From: Octopus vulgaris
Taxonomy: Eukaryota
Length of the DNA: 64,000 bases
Assembly (NCBI GenBank): GCA_951406725.2
Contig: OX597825.1
Span: forward strand, 32,550,001-32,614,000
Direction of reading: 5' to 3'
Positions 14,815 to 27,747 of the stretch are shown piece after piece; the stretch's first letter is position 1, and each line of letters starts with the position of its first letter. The notes beneath the pieces were generated by a model, which did not search any database, was not told the origin of the DNA, and was given only the letters and a program-made list of their open reading frames with translations. The position numbers and the translations under genes were made by a program.

Positions 14815-15756
14815 TATCTATACAATATGTTACATTACTCGGTAGTCAAGATAAAACTCTGAGTTTCAGATGCCGAAGTGAAATCCACAACACCATCTTT
14901 CGGTTATCTGGCTATTTGAAAACGTTATGAAAAAATACCGTTAAAAATGAAGGGAAATTACTCTGTTATAACTCTGCTTTGCCTGCGTACTTATACATCG
15001 CTCGCATTTTTCGTCATAAAAATTATATAAAAATACATAAAAATATATAAAAATATATAAAAATATATAAAATCTTCTTGGGACATAACACAGAAAGCAT
15101 GTTCTATCCGTTTTCTTTAGGGGACCAAAAACGTAACAGAAATTTAGTCACATGTGGGCATGATCCGAAAAGCTCTGTCCTTGTATTTAGACATGTGGTA
15201 GGGTCTAAGCTGCTTTTCCAGATAAGCCATCTCTCCATGTCGCATAAACCGCACCTTCCGTTTATGCGACATGGAGAGATGGCTTATCTGGAAAAGCAGC
15301 TTAGACCCTACCACATGTCTAAATACAAGGACAGAGCTTTTCGGATCATGCCCACATGTGACTAAATTTCTGTTACGTTTTTGGTCCCTAAAGAAAACGG
15401 ATAGAACATGCTTTCTGTGTTATGTCCCAAGAAGATTTTATATATTTTTATATATTTTTATATATTTTTATGTATTTTTATATAATTTTTATGACGAAAA
15501 TGCGAGCGATGTATAAGTACGCAGGCAAAGCAGAGTTATAACAGAGTAATTTCCCTTCATTTTTAACGGTATTTTTTCATAACGTTTTCAAATAGCCAGA
15601 TAACCGAAGAGATGGTGTTGTGGATTTCCACTTCGGCATCTGAAACTCAGAGTTTTATCTTGACTACCGAGTAATGTAACATATTGTATAGATAAATTTC
15701 CTCTATTTACATAATATTGAGGTCTCTTTCTTTCTTTTGTTATCTTACCGTTTTAT

Positions 15757-15760
<4 letters not shown>
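14815..15760 (+). mobile_element. Palindromic PLE 3' end
   Basis: Arms 14815-15249 and 15260-15694 are near-perfect inverted repeats. They encode RCGLCDMERWLI...LNTRTELFGSCPHVTKFLL, matching the C-terminal CxLC..E..LN.R.EL...C.H..KF pattern of PLE proteins. (TA)n flanks both sides. Confidence 0.8.
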
Positions 15761-15810
<50 letters not shown>

Positions 15811-16567
15811 TGAAGTATGTAAAAAACACGATTCGTCCTAAATTTTCTTCCTGTAGTTCAGTGTATGCAAAGAACAAAATTAGATAGGCAAACCAGTTTT
15901 ATGACAATCTTTTTCAGCCAATGAAATTACTCGCTAAGGTTCGCTCCGAAGTATATACACACACATCACAATTTTTCTCTCCTCCTCTCCTTCTCTCCCC
16001 CCCTCTCTCTCACCTTCTTCTCTCTCTCTCTTTCTTTCTCTCTCTCTCTCTCTCTCTCTGTATTTTTATCTCTCTCATACACATTATCATTCATTACGTC
16101 ATAATACATATTTACATTTCACCCCTTTGGACAAAGAGTTTACATTAAGCAATATCATGAAGCAAGGAAGAAAACATTCAGTTTATAATGAAATAAGCTG
16201 ACGCAATAGTCATTGTTGTTATTGATATTTTGGTCCGCTGTCATCCTTGATCGAGAACACTATCCACCACGTGGACTGAGATTTACGCAATCGCATAAAA
16301 GCAGGGTAACTATTATTTTACATCTGTAACTATTGAATTATGATGAAGCGAACTCAGTAGCTAAATTATCAACCTCATGACCCCCCACTGTGTTTCCATT
16401 TCTGACATCTCAAAATTGTAGTTGTTTCTCTTTAAGCTTATTCTGCCACATTAGTAGCAGCATGGAATTCTTTCCTTCTCTAGCTCTGATGAAATATTTG
16501 CTAAAAATTATAATAGTATATTCGGAGTGTTGAAAATTAATATTTTTCAACTCTAGATGGCGCTGTA

Positions 16568-16633
16568 TTTCAAACTGATGTAATGCCTGCATTTTTCGAT
16601 TAAATGGAGCCGCCTGAAACGGCCGTATTGAAT
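16568..16633 (+). ncRNA. Degenerate type I HHR
   Basis: TTCAA-A-CTGATGT...GAAA-CGGCCG-TA-TTGAA; stem I and palindromic stem III intact, A9 and stem II decayed. Confidence 0.45.
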
Positions 16634-16757
16634 TAATACCTTGACATCTTGTTACTTAGTTGCTTTTTATTCACCTTATTTCGAGCTGTGCGGATAATAC
16701 CGGACTGGCTTGTTGCATCAACTTAAATGCCTTATTCAACTGAATCTTAATTATCTC

Positions 16758-16813
<56 letters not shown>

Positions 16814-17581
16814 TCTAAGATTAAGAATTCTATATACCAGTGTAAAATTTCTTCCGGTCTTCTTCTATATAGGTGCGTCCACTTCCCAGTTATCCAAGAG
16901 AATTTCAAATCATTATTCATCATTTAGGGATAGTAAAAAACGACATAGTACAGGGCTAAGTAAATTAGTTTGGCGTCTTAAAGAGAACAATATAGATTTT
17001 AAGTTAGAATGGTTCATACTGTCTTTATCCTTTCCTTTTGATAAGGGCAGGAGATTTTGTAACATTTGCAACTCTGAACTCTTCCATATTCTCTTCTCTA
17101 AGGATTCCCTTGTAAGCACACTTATAGAGAAATCGTATACTGGCAGAAATATACATTTTACTCATATAAATGATTTCGATAGTCATTATAGTTTGAACAA
17201 TTAGTTTAACGTGCATTTCACTTCAATAGAGAAATCCTTTCCTAAGCCTTTGAACATTCTTTTAATCAACGTACCCCTCCCTCTCTATTTGTTCCCTATT
17301 TATTATTCCTTTGACCCTTCTCTTCCTACTATCTAGCTTTGACGTCAATTCTACTAACGGTTTTCTTAAAACACATTAACATTTTCTTTATCATGTAGGC
17401 AGTCATCGTAATTATTATATTGTCTTGTTGGTGAGAGAGGTTCCCTTTCTTTCCTGATGAGAAGATTGCATCTTACACCGTTTATTCCTTTGGAATAAAA
17501 ACCATGTTGTCTTCGAAACATACGTCGAAAGTAAAGGAATTTTATTAACATCTTCGTTCAACTCCATTTATTTATTTATTC

Positions 17582-17641
<60 letters not shown>

Positions 17642-17765
17642 TATGAATTCATAGGTGTGTGGGGGGGTGTATATGTATGTGTATATGTATTTATATATGT
17701 AGTATGCCTATATGATACACATACGTATGTGTGTGTGTGTGTTGTTATATGAAAGTCAGAAATAG

Positions 17766-17811
<46 letters not shown>

Positions 17812-17829
17812 GAAGTGAACTTTTATTTA

Positions 17830-18537
17830 TGTTTGCATAAATAAATAAAAATATTCAAACCCCGAAAGTGAGCGTGGATTTGCGGAGTTAAGTGGGAAAA
17901 ATTCAAATATGCAAAAGGTTGAATTGCCTAATCTCCAGTTTTTAACACACTGAAATTGGAAGAAATTACCGAAAATAGTTACAAATTGAAAAATAGATTC
18001 GGGGAAATATTCACTGATTCTGAAATTCCGTGCCGTCTTTTATTTATGTTAGATTGCTTTATAAGTTTTTCCATTCAGAATATTATTCTTTACTTGCGAT
18101 ATTCGCGGAAACTCTACGATAATTTTGGAAACTCTGGAGGTTTAAAGAGGATCTGGAATATACATTTATATATGTATATATGTATATACTTACGTTTATG
18201 CACAAAAAGAATTTTCCTATATTTGCGTAATATTTTCACCCTCTCATACTGTAAAATAAAAGGAAATAAATTTTGAGGATGAACAAGTCTTCATTTTTAC
18301 TGTCACAAAAAATAGGGTTTTTCATAGAAAAAAAAAGAACCTTTTTGAAGTAAATAATTTTTGGTCTTAACATGGTCCGATTTGAATTTTTTCTTCTACG
18401 GAATGAAGAGCAAGCCTTCTTCTATCATACTCTCAATTTTGGTCAACTTGCGCCGCAGGGTCTCGGAGGAGATAGTGTTATTTGAAGGCTACCAAACCTG
18501 CCACACACACAGACAACTTCAGCTTTATATATATAGA
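17830..18537 (-). mobile_element. Non-autonomous Helitron-like 5' fragment
   Basis: Minus strand A|TCTATATATATAAAGCTGAAGTTGTCTGTGTG start resembles the 5' end at 7534; left boundary uncertain. Confidence 0.55.
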
Positions 18538-19189
18538 TATTAAAATATATTTAAGGCTTTAGCCATTTATAATATATATTGCTCTATATCTTAGAGTGTG
18601 CTGCTTCCTCCATATTGGTTTTTTACAGACGATATGTGTATGTATGTATGTATGTATGTATGTATGTATGTATGTATGCATGTATGTATGTATGTATGTA
18701 TGTATGTATGTATGTATGTATGTATGTATGTATATGCATTGGTAGTCTCTCCTTTCCTTTATCAAACTTGTTTCTAATTTTTGCCTTTAAAAGATGTGGG
18801 GAAGGTGTAGGACTCGAGTAATTGTGTTGTATGTAGTGTGTTAATTATATGCTGCTGCTGTAGTAGCAATAGTAGTAGTAGTAGTAGTTGGTGTTGTTGT
18901 TGTCATCGTTGTTGTTATACATATAAATACGTGAGTGTTTCTGTGTCGATATCTATGTACGTGTGCAGTTATCTATGTATACATAGATAAATTTTAAAAA
19001 GCAATCAAAATTTACCAATGGTTGCTGAAACGATATTGAGAAGATATGGAGGTCAAGATGAAAGGAAAGAGATTTGAGATTTGAAAATTTTCAATATATT
19101 TTCCTTCTTCATCATCTCTGATACAGAAATCTGAAGATATATCGGAAGGCATTCAAAAATAGGTGCAAGTAGGGCTATTTAGTAAGAAA

Positions 19190-19307
19190 GATTTTTCCTA
19201 ACCATATGGTCTTGGGTTCATTTCAACTGCACGGCTCTTTGGACAAATGATCAGGTGACCAAAGCTTTATGAATGGATTGGTAAATGGAAGCTGAAAGAA
19301 GCCCGTC

Positions 19308-19359
<52 letters not shown>

Positions 19360-19396
19360 ACTTCTTATATATATATATATATATATATACGACGGA

Positions 19397-19441
<45 letters not shown>

Positions 19442-19615
19442 ATGTATGCATGTATGTATGCACATGCCCCTACACACACACATATATATATATATGAATA
19501 TATATACTTACATATGTATAGATTTATTTGTACATATGTATATATATATGTATATATATGTATATATGTGTGTATATATATGCTAAATATATCTATGCAT
19601 GTATGTATGTGTATA

Positions 19616-19664
<49 letters not shown>

Positions 19665-19717
19665 GCATATATATATATATGTATATATATAGATGTATAG
19701 GTATAGATGTATATATG

Positions 19718-19759
<42 letters not shown>

Positions 19760-19990
19760 CAGAGATATCCGGCATTGTTTTTTATTGTTTTACTTGTGTA
19801 TACATATATATATATGTCTGTGTGTTTACATTTTTATGCTCGTCCCCAGTCACCTCTTGACAACGGATGTTAGGTTGTTTACATTCCAATGACTTAGCGG
19901 TTTGACGAAAAGGCCGATACAATAGATACCAGACATAAAAATAATTCCTGGGAGGTTGATCTGTCCGACTACACTTCATCAAGGTGGTTC
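19190..19990 (+). mobile_element. SINE family B split by microsatellite expansion
   Basis: 5' half at about 19190-19310 and 3' half at about 19815-19990 align to family B copies, separated by about 500 bp of TA-rich repeat. Confidence 0.55.
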
Positions 19991-20199
19991 TTCAGTTTAG
20001 TTTGGTCGATTGGTAGAACGCCCGTAGTGTTAACAGATTCGAGTCCTACAGGTAGCCTTCAACTACCTCTTCTGAAAGAGTTTTTTTTTAACCAAATATT
20101 TATACGCTCTTATTTATATCTTTATCCATTTTTGAGATCCAGCTTTCCTAAAAAGAACTATTTTACATTCTGTCGAATTTTATGAATTCTTATGACGAT

Positions 20200-20277
<78 letters not shown>

Positions 20278-21734
20278 TTTGTGTGTGTGTGTGCGTGTGT
20301 ATATGTGTCTGTGTCTGTGTGTGGATGTTTAGATATACATACGCACACACAAACACATACACACAGATACACACACAAACACACACACATATATATAAAG
20401 AGAGAGAGAGAGAGAGAGAAGAGAAAGAGAGAGAGACCAGAGCCATGCTTTTGGATGTACAAGCAAAAGCGCTATTATATACAGTTGCTTCAAGCGTCGT
20501 TTCTTTTTGCCATAGAAATTACAACTACGGCGCATAATGCGTAATATTGAAAACGTTTCATAACAAGATGTTTCACTGATTAGCATATTACGACTGAATT
20601 GAATGTAGAATAGTTATAGAAGATCGTAGAATAGAGCAGATTTATTTCTAGAAAGTGCTTTTAACTTCACTTCACCTTGAACAAAAGATTCAACAAATAA
20701 GGGAATCTATCGAATCTACAGCAAGCAAATATCTTCTCTCAGAAGAATCTAATCCATTTGATTCCTCATACAAAAGTATATTTATCACTAAAGACTCCTC
20801 TACTTTCTTATCAGCTCTGGAACTGTTGGCAGGACACCAAACACAAAACCACAATATTTACAGACAACCTTCAATGTATTCAATTCTTTGCAGACATGCT
20901 TGTGTAGTCTTAGCATTGTGTAGTCTTAGCATCGTAATTGCATGAGTTTTCGGTTTCAACCTCACTGCATGGCACCTTAGGCAAACGTCTTCTACAATAA
21001 TCATGGACCTGTCAATACTCTGTGAAGAAATTTGGTTGAAAGAAACTGAAAGAAGCTCGTCTTGTGTAAGTTTGCGTGCGTGTATGTATGCGAAGAATCG
21101 ATACGCAGTGGATTTATCAGCTGGAAATAGCAGTCAAGTTTCTGTAGAATGATACCTTATTGTTGTGCATGGAAGTCAGGAATGCGAAACCAAACGAAGT
21201 TTTTTTGTGGACATGGATATCTTGGTCGTTGCATAAATAATCCTCCTTCCCATTCACTCCATACAAGAGAAATTTTCTCTGTAATTTAAAAAAAAAAGAT
21301 GAAGTTGCACTGACCAGTCACAAACCAATATTTTTTTATATATTTTATCAAAGAAACTCAGTTTCTTAGCTTAGAATTGTCTCTCTTTGGTATTTGGTTT
21401 CAATGAAAAGATAATTATTTCGAAGCACATGTCTCTACTAGTCCAATAGGAAGGGCTCGGAACTGATCACAGTTTTATGCCTTTTTGTCTCCAGTCAGAA
21501 TATTTTTCCATGATAAAGTATTTTTGCAGGTTCTAATATCTTTAAAACATATTTGAGCTGGCATCAAGTTTATTTTACATACGTGCATAGTGACTGCTCC
21601 AAATTCACAGATGATTGCCGTTTCCTTGTACATCATCGTTCTCAATTGCATTTATGACTTTCCGCCCATGACTTCTCAGAGGACTATTTAGTCCCGTTTC
21701 AGATCTGCATGGTCTGAAGCGCGCGCGCGCGCGG

Positions 21735-23375
21735 TGTGTATACCACAAGCCCAACTCCAATCTTAAATGTATAAATGTCGAAAGTAATCATCCTGATTCT
21801 GTAAAAGACTCTTTAGTTTATAATATTTTTAAAAGAATTTCTAATTTATCATCTAATAAGGATATTTTTAATAAAGATACCATTATAATGTGGCACTTAG
21901 TAAAGCTGGATACAAAATAAAATTGAAATATTATCCTAAGAATATGGCCGTCAACACCACCAACATAGATCTTTTCTATATTAACAATGATTTTAAACAA
22001 AATAGCCAGGAACAGAAATAGGCATAGGGTAGGTAAAGTTAAATTTCTAAATGTGAAAAATGATATACAAAATATGAGAACCATTGTATCACTTCGTTCT
22101 TCTAATCGTCCCCATACCATCAGAAGTACTAATGACGGGATAAAAAACAAACATTATTTAATAATGCACGAAAATTTGAAAATTATAATGCATTTCCTGG
22201 TAAAAATGACACTGTTTGGTTCATAAAAAAATTAAAGGTAATTTGGTTGGAACCTTTTATAAACTTTTCTCTAAACATTTTACAAAGGAAAATAGATAAT
22301 ATGATATCATTAACCCTAGGCTTCTTAAAATTGATTATTCCGTATCTAATAATTTATATCTTCAATTAACAAAAGAAAATGATCAATTTTTTTATAATTG
22401 TAATAGTAGTAAACGCACCATATAAATTTTATTTAGTGTACTTTCGACTGGAAGAATACTCCGTGGCCGTCCCATCTATCGATACAAGGATCAGCTAAAG
22501 CAAAGCCTAAAACTGACTGGAATCAATCCTAAAACTTGGGACATTGAAGCTCAGAACAGGCCGTGCTGACATCATCCCATCTTCCCTGTAGCAAATTATT
22601 TTGAAGCTGAACGACAGAGGAAGAGAAACGATGAGAAAGAAAATGGGGGCTGCAACAACCAAAGCCTCCACCACGGATCCCGTGTGAACCTTGCAACAGA
22701 CCCTTCTATTCAAGAATTGGTCTTATTTGTCATCAGAGGCATAAACATAGACAGAGGGGAAGAAGTGGTCAAGAAGAAGCCAAATAAATTATCGGACACA
22801 CGATATACCACCGGCGCCGTCCACGATGACGACGAGTAAACGCAATAACAATAATATTAATGGAATAAATGCTAGGAATGAAAGTAAATTTGAGGCATCT
22901 AGTGTACAAGGGGACACAACACGTGTCAAATCCCATTCCAATCTCTTGAATGTAGAAAAAATGGCAAATAGTAATTAAACTGAATGTAATGATATGAAAC
23001 AGTAATACTACAAGTTAGAAGTCAATGTTTATTTAAAAGAATGACGTTTACAGATGTAAGGTGATATCTGAGGGTAAAAGTTCCTTCTACAATAGGGGCT
23101 ATGCAGAATTTTGTTAAGAAACGCATCTCTAACCATATATACACCTTTAATAATAGGAACAGATCTTCTACCAGCCTCAGTAAATTTATTTGGAACTCGA
23201 AAGATAAGAAAAAAGTTTTTCTGTAGAGTGGGACATTATAAGCAAGACAACTGCTAATAAGCATGGAAACTCTATGAAGAATTATTCTTGATCTCATATT
23301 CTAGGAGACGTCTCTTAAATGCTAAAATATAGACTGGTTTTTCATGTGTGTATGCATGTAAATAGACTCTTAGAA
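21735..23375 (+). pseudogene. Decayed PLE ORF (RT C-terminus plus GIY-YIG endonuclease)
   Basis: Read through stops and frameshifts: YHKPN..INVESNHP..IFKRISNLSSNKDIF..ALSKAGYK; LFSKHF..IDYS; VYRCKV..FY/IG..KKRISNH..TSLSKFIW..VEWDI. Confidence 0.8.
22418..22834 (+). mobile_element. 5'-truncated RTE-clade LINE inserted in the PLE
   Basis: GRPIYRYKDQLKQSLK..WDIEAQNR and C2H2 CEPCNRPFYSRIGLICHQRH; GATGACGAC tail; 10-bp TSD AGTAAACGCA at 22408-22417 and 22835-22844. Confidence 0.85.
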
Positions 23376-24189
23376 ACTACCATCAAATATAATTATCATT
23401 GATGATAAGCGTTAAAAATGGTTAGTAGATGTAATATTGATGAAAAATATGTATAATATAATATAATATAATTTAATGTAAAATAATATAATATATTAAT
23501 TAAATAGTGTAGACGGACGTTAAGTCTTCTATAAGTGGCAATGTATTGGTATTTTACTATAAATTCAATTAAGTAAGTTTTTCATAAATATACCGTTGAA
23601 ATTCTTATAATAACTTATAAAACTATATTTGAGATAAAACATGCTATCTTAATAGTAATTACAACTTTAATGCACTTAGTTTTAATATAAATTATCTATA
23701 AACAGCGTCTGGTAATGTTCAGGTTTTGCTTTTGTTTACAAAGTTTATATTGACCGTAGATTTATGCACAAATATTGATGACGCAACACTATTATATGGT
23801 AATTAACTAACAGTTTTGATACGTCATATTTTTTGTTGTCTTCGGTATTTTTAACGAACGCATGCACAACTACTTGATGAATGCTACCACTCTTACCTCT
23901 CTCTCTCTACCCATCTTTGTCTCTCACTCACTTTAATCTCTCTCTCTCTCTCTCTCTCCCTATGACATCTATTTCGCCTTAACTACCACACCACCACCAC
24001 CACCACTAATAAAAACCATCATGTATTACATATGCACGCACACAAATATATCAAACGTATTTGTTTATATGTATATATATGAAGATAACGGTTTTTTTTC
24101 AAACAACGCACACATTCAAAAATGCAGACATCTGAGTCTGTCGTAGGTCAATTAACACGTTGAAATATAACTCCCCTTTTGGGAAAATT

Positions 24190-24304
24190 TTCCCCTGATG
24201 AAATATCCAATTAACCAGTTTCAATATGGGAATTTAAATTAAATTAAATTAAATTAAATTAATTTCTGTAATTGAACTAATTGGATATGGACACGGCTGT
24301 AGGA
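24190..24304 (+). ncRNA. Degenerate HHR with long stem II
   Basis: CTGATGA, then ATATCCAATTA/TAATTGGATAT stem, then GACA-CGGCTG-TA (GAAA mutated). Confidence 0.4.
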
Positions 24305-24519
24305 CAGGAATTTCTTTATATGATTTTTTAATGCCTTTGAATAAACTGATGTCAGCATGGCAATTTCTCCATTTTCTTCCTTCTCTCCGTCATAAACATT
24401 TTAAATACCTATATATATCAATGCGAAACTAATATATTTAGCTTTCACTGAACACTGTTATAAACTGGAGAACTAGGATGCTAGCATTCCTTTTATGGAT
24501 TATAGGTCATTGACACAAT

Positions 24520-24553
<34 letters not shown>

Positions 24554-24586
24554 TGTATGTATGTATGTATGTATGTATGTATACAC

Positions 24587-24632
<46 letters not shown>

Positions 24633-24871
24633 GTAGATAGATATATTGTGTAGGTATGTATGCATGTATATATGTGCATGTGTGTATATATGCATGTACA
24701 TACTTATGACTATCTGTATGCAGTTACGGGGGTGTAAACACATCAACACGTTTGTCAAGGGTGGTGGGAGAAATCACAGACACAAAGGTAGCATACAGTG
24801 GGATTGAATCCGGAACCATGTGGTCGGGAAGCAAACTTATACATACATACATACATACATACATACATACA

Positions 24872-24903
<32 letters not shown>

Positions 24904-24910
24904 CATACAT

Positions 24911-25027
<117 letters not shown>

Positions 25028-25031
25028 CATA

Positions 25032-25998
25032 TACGAATGGGGTTGAAAAATTCTTCGGAAGGAGTGATGCGAAAGCTGTGAATTTTTGCATGCATTAATT
25101 TCAAATGCTCTTATTAATCATTGCTTTGTTACCTTCCAGGTAAATTGACATCAGCCTGTTCAATGAACACTTCAAAAGTAATTAGTAGCAAGAGTAGATA
25201 TGACGTTATCATCACAGCGATACAGTTTCATCATGTATGGACGAAATCAGGTGAGTTGGGACGGTCATCAACCAGTTCCAAGCCACAGTCACAGACTACT
25301 TTCATTAGTTTTCTGGTTCGTTTGGTATCATGACATTTTGTAGCCGCCTCGGCAAGTTGGCATTGTACTCTCCATTAATAGTGTGGCCCTTTTGAAGATG
25401 GTCAATAAACACAAAGTCTTTTGCTTTCAAAAAGATTGAGACCATCAACAACCTGCAAATAAAACAGAGTAGGTGAGGAGGGGAGTTTTCACTGCATGGA
25501 TTGTCTCTTTGTCTCTTGCTCAAAGTGATGGAAACAGCCTTCATTCTGAGTTAGGAAATATTCAATGAAGCCAGCTGGATTTGTCTCAAACAATGTCAGA
25601 ATTTCCCGTGTTGTGATCAGTCTGGTGCACCTTTGATCAGGTGTCAGCAGACGTGGCTCCCACCGAGCAGAAAACTTCTGCTCTAAACACTGCACAGTTC
25701 ATTGTACAAAATATTCTCAACTCCTTTAAAGGATAAGCTAATAGCATTGGCTATTTGATTTATAGTCAATCATGTGTGATCCAACACTACAATGCCAAAT
25801 TTTGTCGATTTTCAGGGGAAGTTGCTACTACTTACATTTGAAGTTTTCTTTTAAGTGAAATGTCAGTGTACAGAAAATTTAAAAAAAAACAATGCAATTA
25901 TTAATAAGATTTGAAATTAACGCATGGAAGATTGCTCAACTCTAGCATCACACTTTCAATTTTCATCGTCAGCCTATGATCTTTTCAGCCCACACTCA

Positions 25999-26000
<2 letters not shown>
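25032..26000 (-). mobile_element. Deleted mariner element with degenerate TIRs
   Basis: FSARWEPRLLTPDQ, HHFEQETKRQSMQ and GHTINGEYNANL motifs; ends TACGAATGGGGTTGAAAAATTC and rc TATGAGTGTGGGCTGAAAAGATC. Confidence 0.8.
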
Positions 26001-26035
<35 letters not shown>

Positions 26036-26161
26036 AAAGGCTCCCAAATAAGGAAGCTTAGTGCTAGAGACACAAAAAGGGATGGATAAATTCATGGAGA
26101 GAGTGAAAATCAAAAACATTTTTGATTATGTTCACATATGTATATATATATATATATATAT

Positions 26162-26436
26162 AAAAGGAAATGAAGAAAATGCTGCCAAAATAATTTAAGT
26201 AATTTAAGTAATTTAATTAGGTGAAAGTTCTTTTTACCGGTTGCGCATTTATTATGCTTATCAAAAAGAGAGATACAGTTCCTTTCTGATATTTTAGGAA
26301 AAAATCTATCAGAAAGGAACTCTATCTCTCTTTTTGATAAGCATAATAAATGCGCAACCGGTAAAAAGAACTTTCACCTAATTAAATTACTTAAATTACT
26401 TAAATTATTTTGTCAGCATTTTCTTCATTTCCTTTT
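26162..26436. repeat. Fold-back palindrome with variant HHR, PLE-like
   Basis: 130-bp arms (26162-26291 and 26307-26436) with 2 visible mismatches; HHR-like motif at 26330-26368; adjacent to (TA)n. Confidence 0.8.
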
Positions 26437-26519
26437 TTATATATCACAACTCGTGTTCCACATCTCCTTTTTTAAATATATATATATATATACAAACACA
26501 CACACGTACATATATATGG

Positions 26520-26745
26520 AGGTGGTTGTAGGAACGTGGTTTCGGTTCCCAGACCGGGCGTTGTGAGTGTTTATTGAGCGAAAACACCTAAAGTTCCACG
26601 AAGCTCCGGCAGGGGGTTGTGGCGATCCCTGCTGTACTCTTTCGCCACAACTTTCTCTCACTCTTTCTTCTGTTGGCTGCTCGCTTAGCCAGCGGGGTGG
26701 CGTCATTTGAAAGCTAAAACAATTCCAAGCGCATTGTGACCCGGT
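26520..26745 (+). mobile_element. SINE-like repeat, other family
   Basis: GC-rich island with a B-box-like GGTTTCGGTTCCC motif; family not identified. Confidence 0.4.
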
Positions 26746-27059
26746 CGGTCACGGTGATCACGGTGATAACACGTGTCTGCTAGCGACAGCTGATGAAGGG
26801 GATTTTTCCTTGTGCAGCATGTCCTGTACTTCGTTTTTTCTGCTGCACATAATTGTTTTTCCCGTTTTCGTTTCGTCTTGTTCCACGTCTCTGTCCTTCG
26901 GTTGTAACTAACGGCTTTTCCGTTTTCGTTTCTGTTGATTTTTACGTCTTCTTGTGGTGTCCTGTACGTATATATATATGTATATATGCATGTATATATA
27001 CATGTAGATGTCGGTACGTACATATATGTTTGTATGTATGCATATATTTTATTTATTAC

Positions 27060-27119
<60 letters not shown>

Positions 27120-27133
27120 CATACATACATACA

Positions 27134-27167
<34 letters not shown>

Positions 27168-27747
27168 CACATACACACATCTGCACACAGACACACATAA
27201 ATATATAATACAAATATACACACACTTATGTACATGCACACTCAGTATAGAGATAAATGCAAGCAAATACTGAAGTTTAGATGGCGGTACGTTGTGAAGC
27301 TGCGACATAGGCCAACATCAATTTATCCACAGGATCCACATGATGAATTGACCATCAAATATTTAGTCTCCAAAACGTAACGATGCTGAAGAAATTCGTA
27401 AATGTGTAGCCTACCAACTTCTTTTTTTGATTGATTGCAACCGAAAGAGAAAAACTAGAGCAGAAGCAGGAATGTTTTGTCGAAGAACTGAAGTGTTTGT
27501 ATGACATTTCTGTGGAATATAACCTCATAATACAGTAATAACTTCCTGCCATCCTGGTCACTTATTTCCGGGACGTAAGGTTTGGATAACATCGTTATTG
27601 CCTTTTATACACATGTATACACGGACACACGCACGCACGCACACAGACACATATGCACATATACACAAGTACTCTAACAAACACCGATGTATACATATAT
27701 GCGTATATATATATACGCACGTGCATGCATATATATATATATGTCTA

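Noticed and set aside
21818-22150. Hydrophobic minus-strand ORF resembling a membrane protein
   Set aside because: Antisense shadow of the plus-strand PLE relic.
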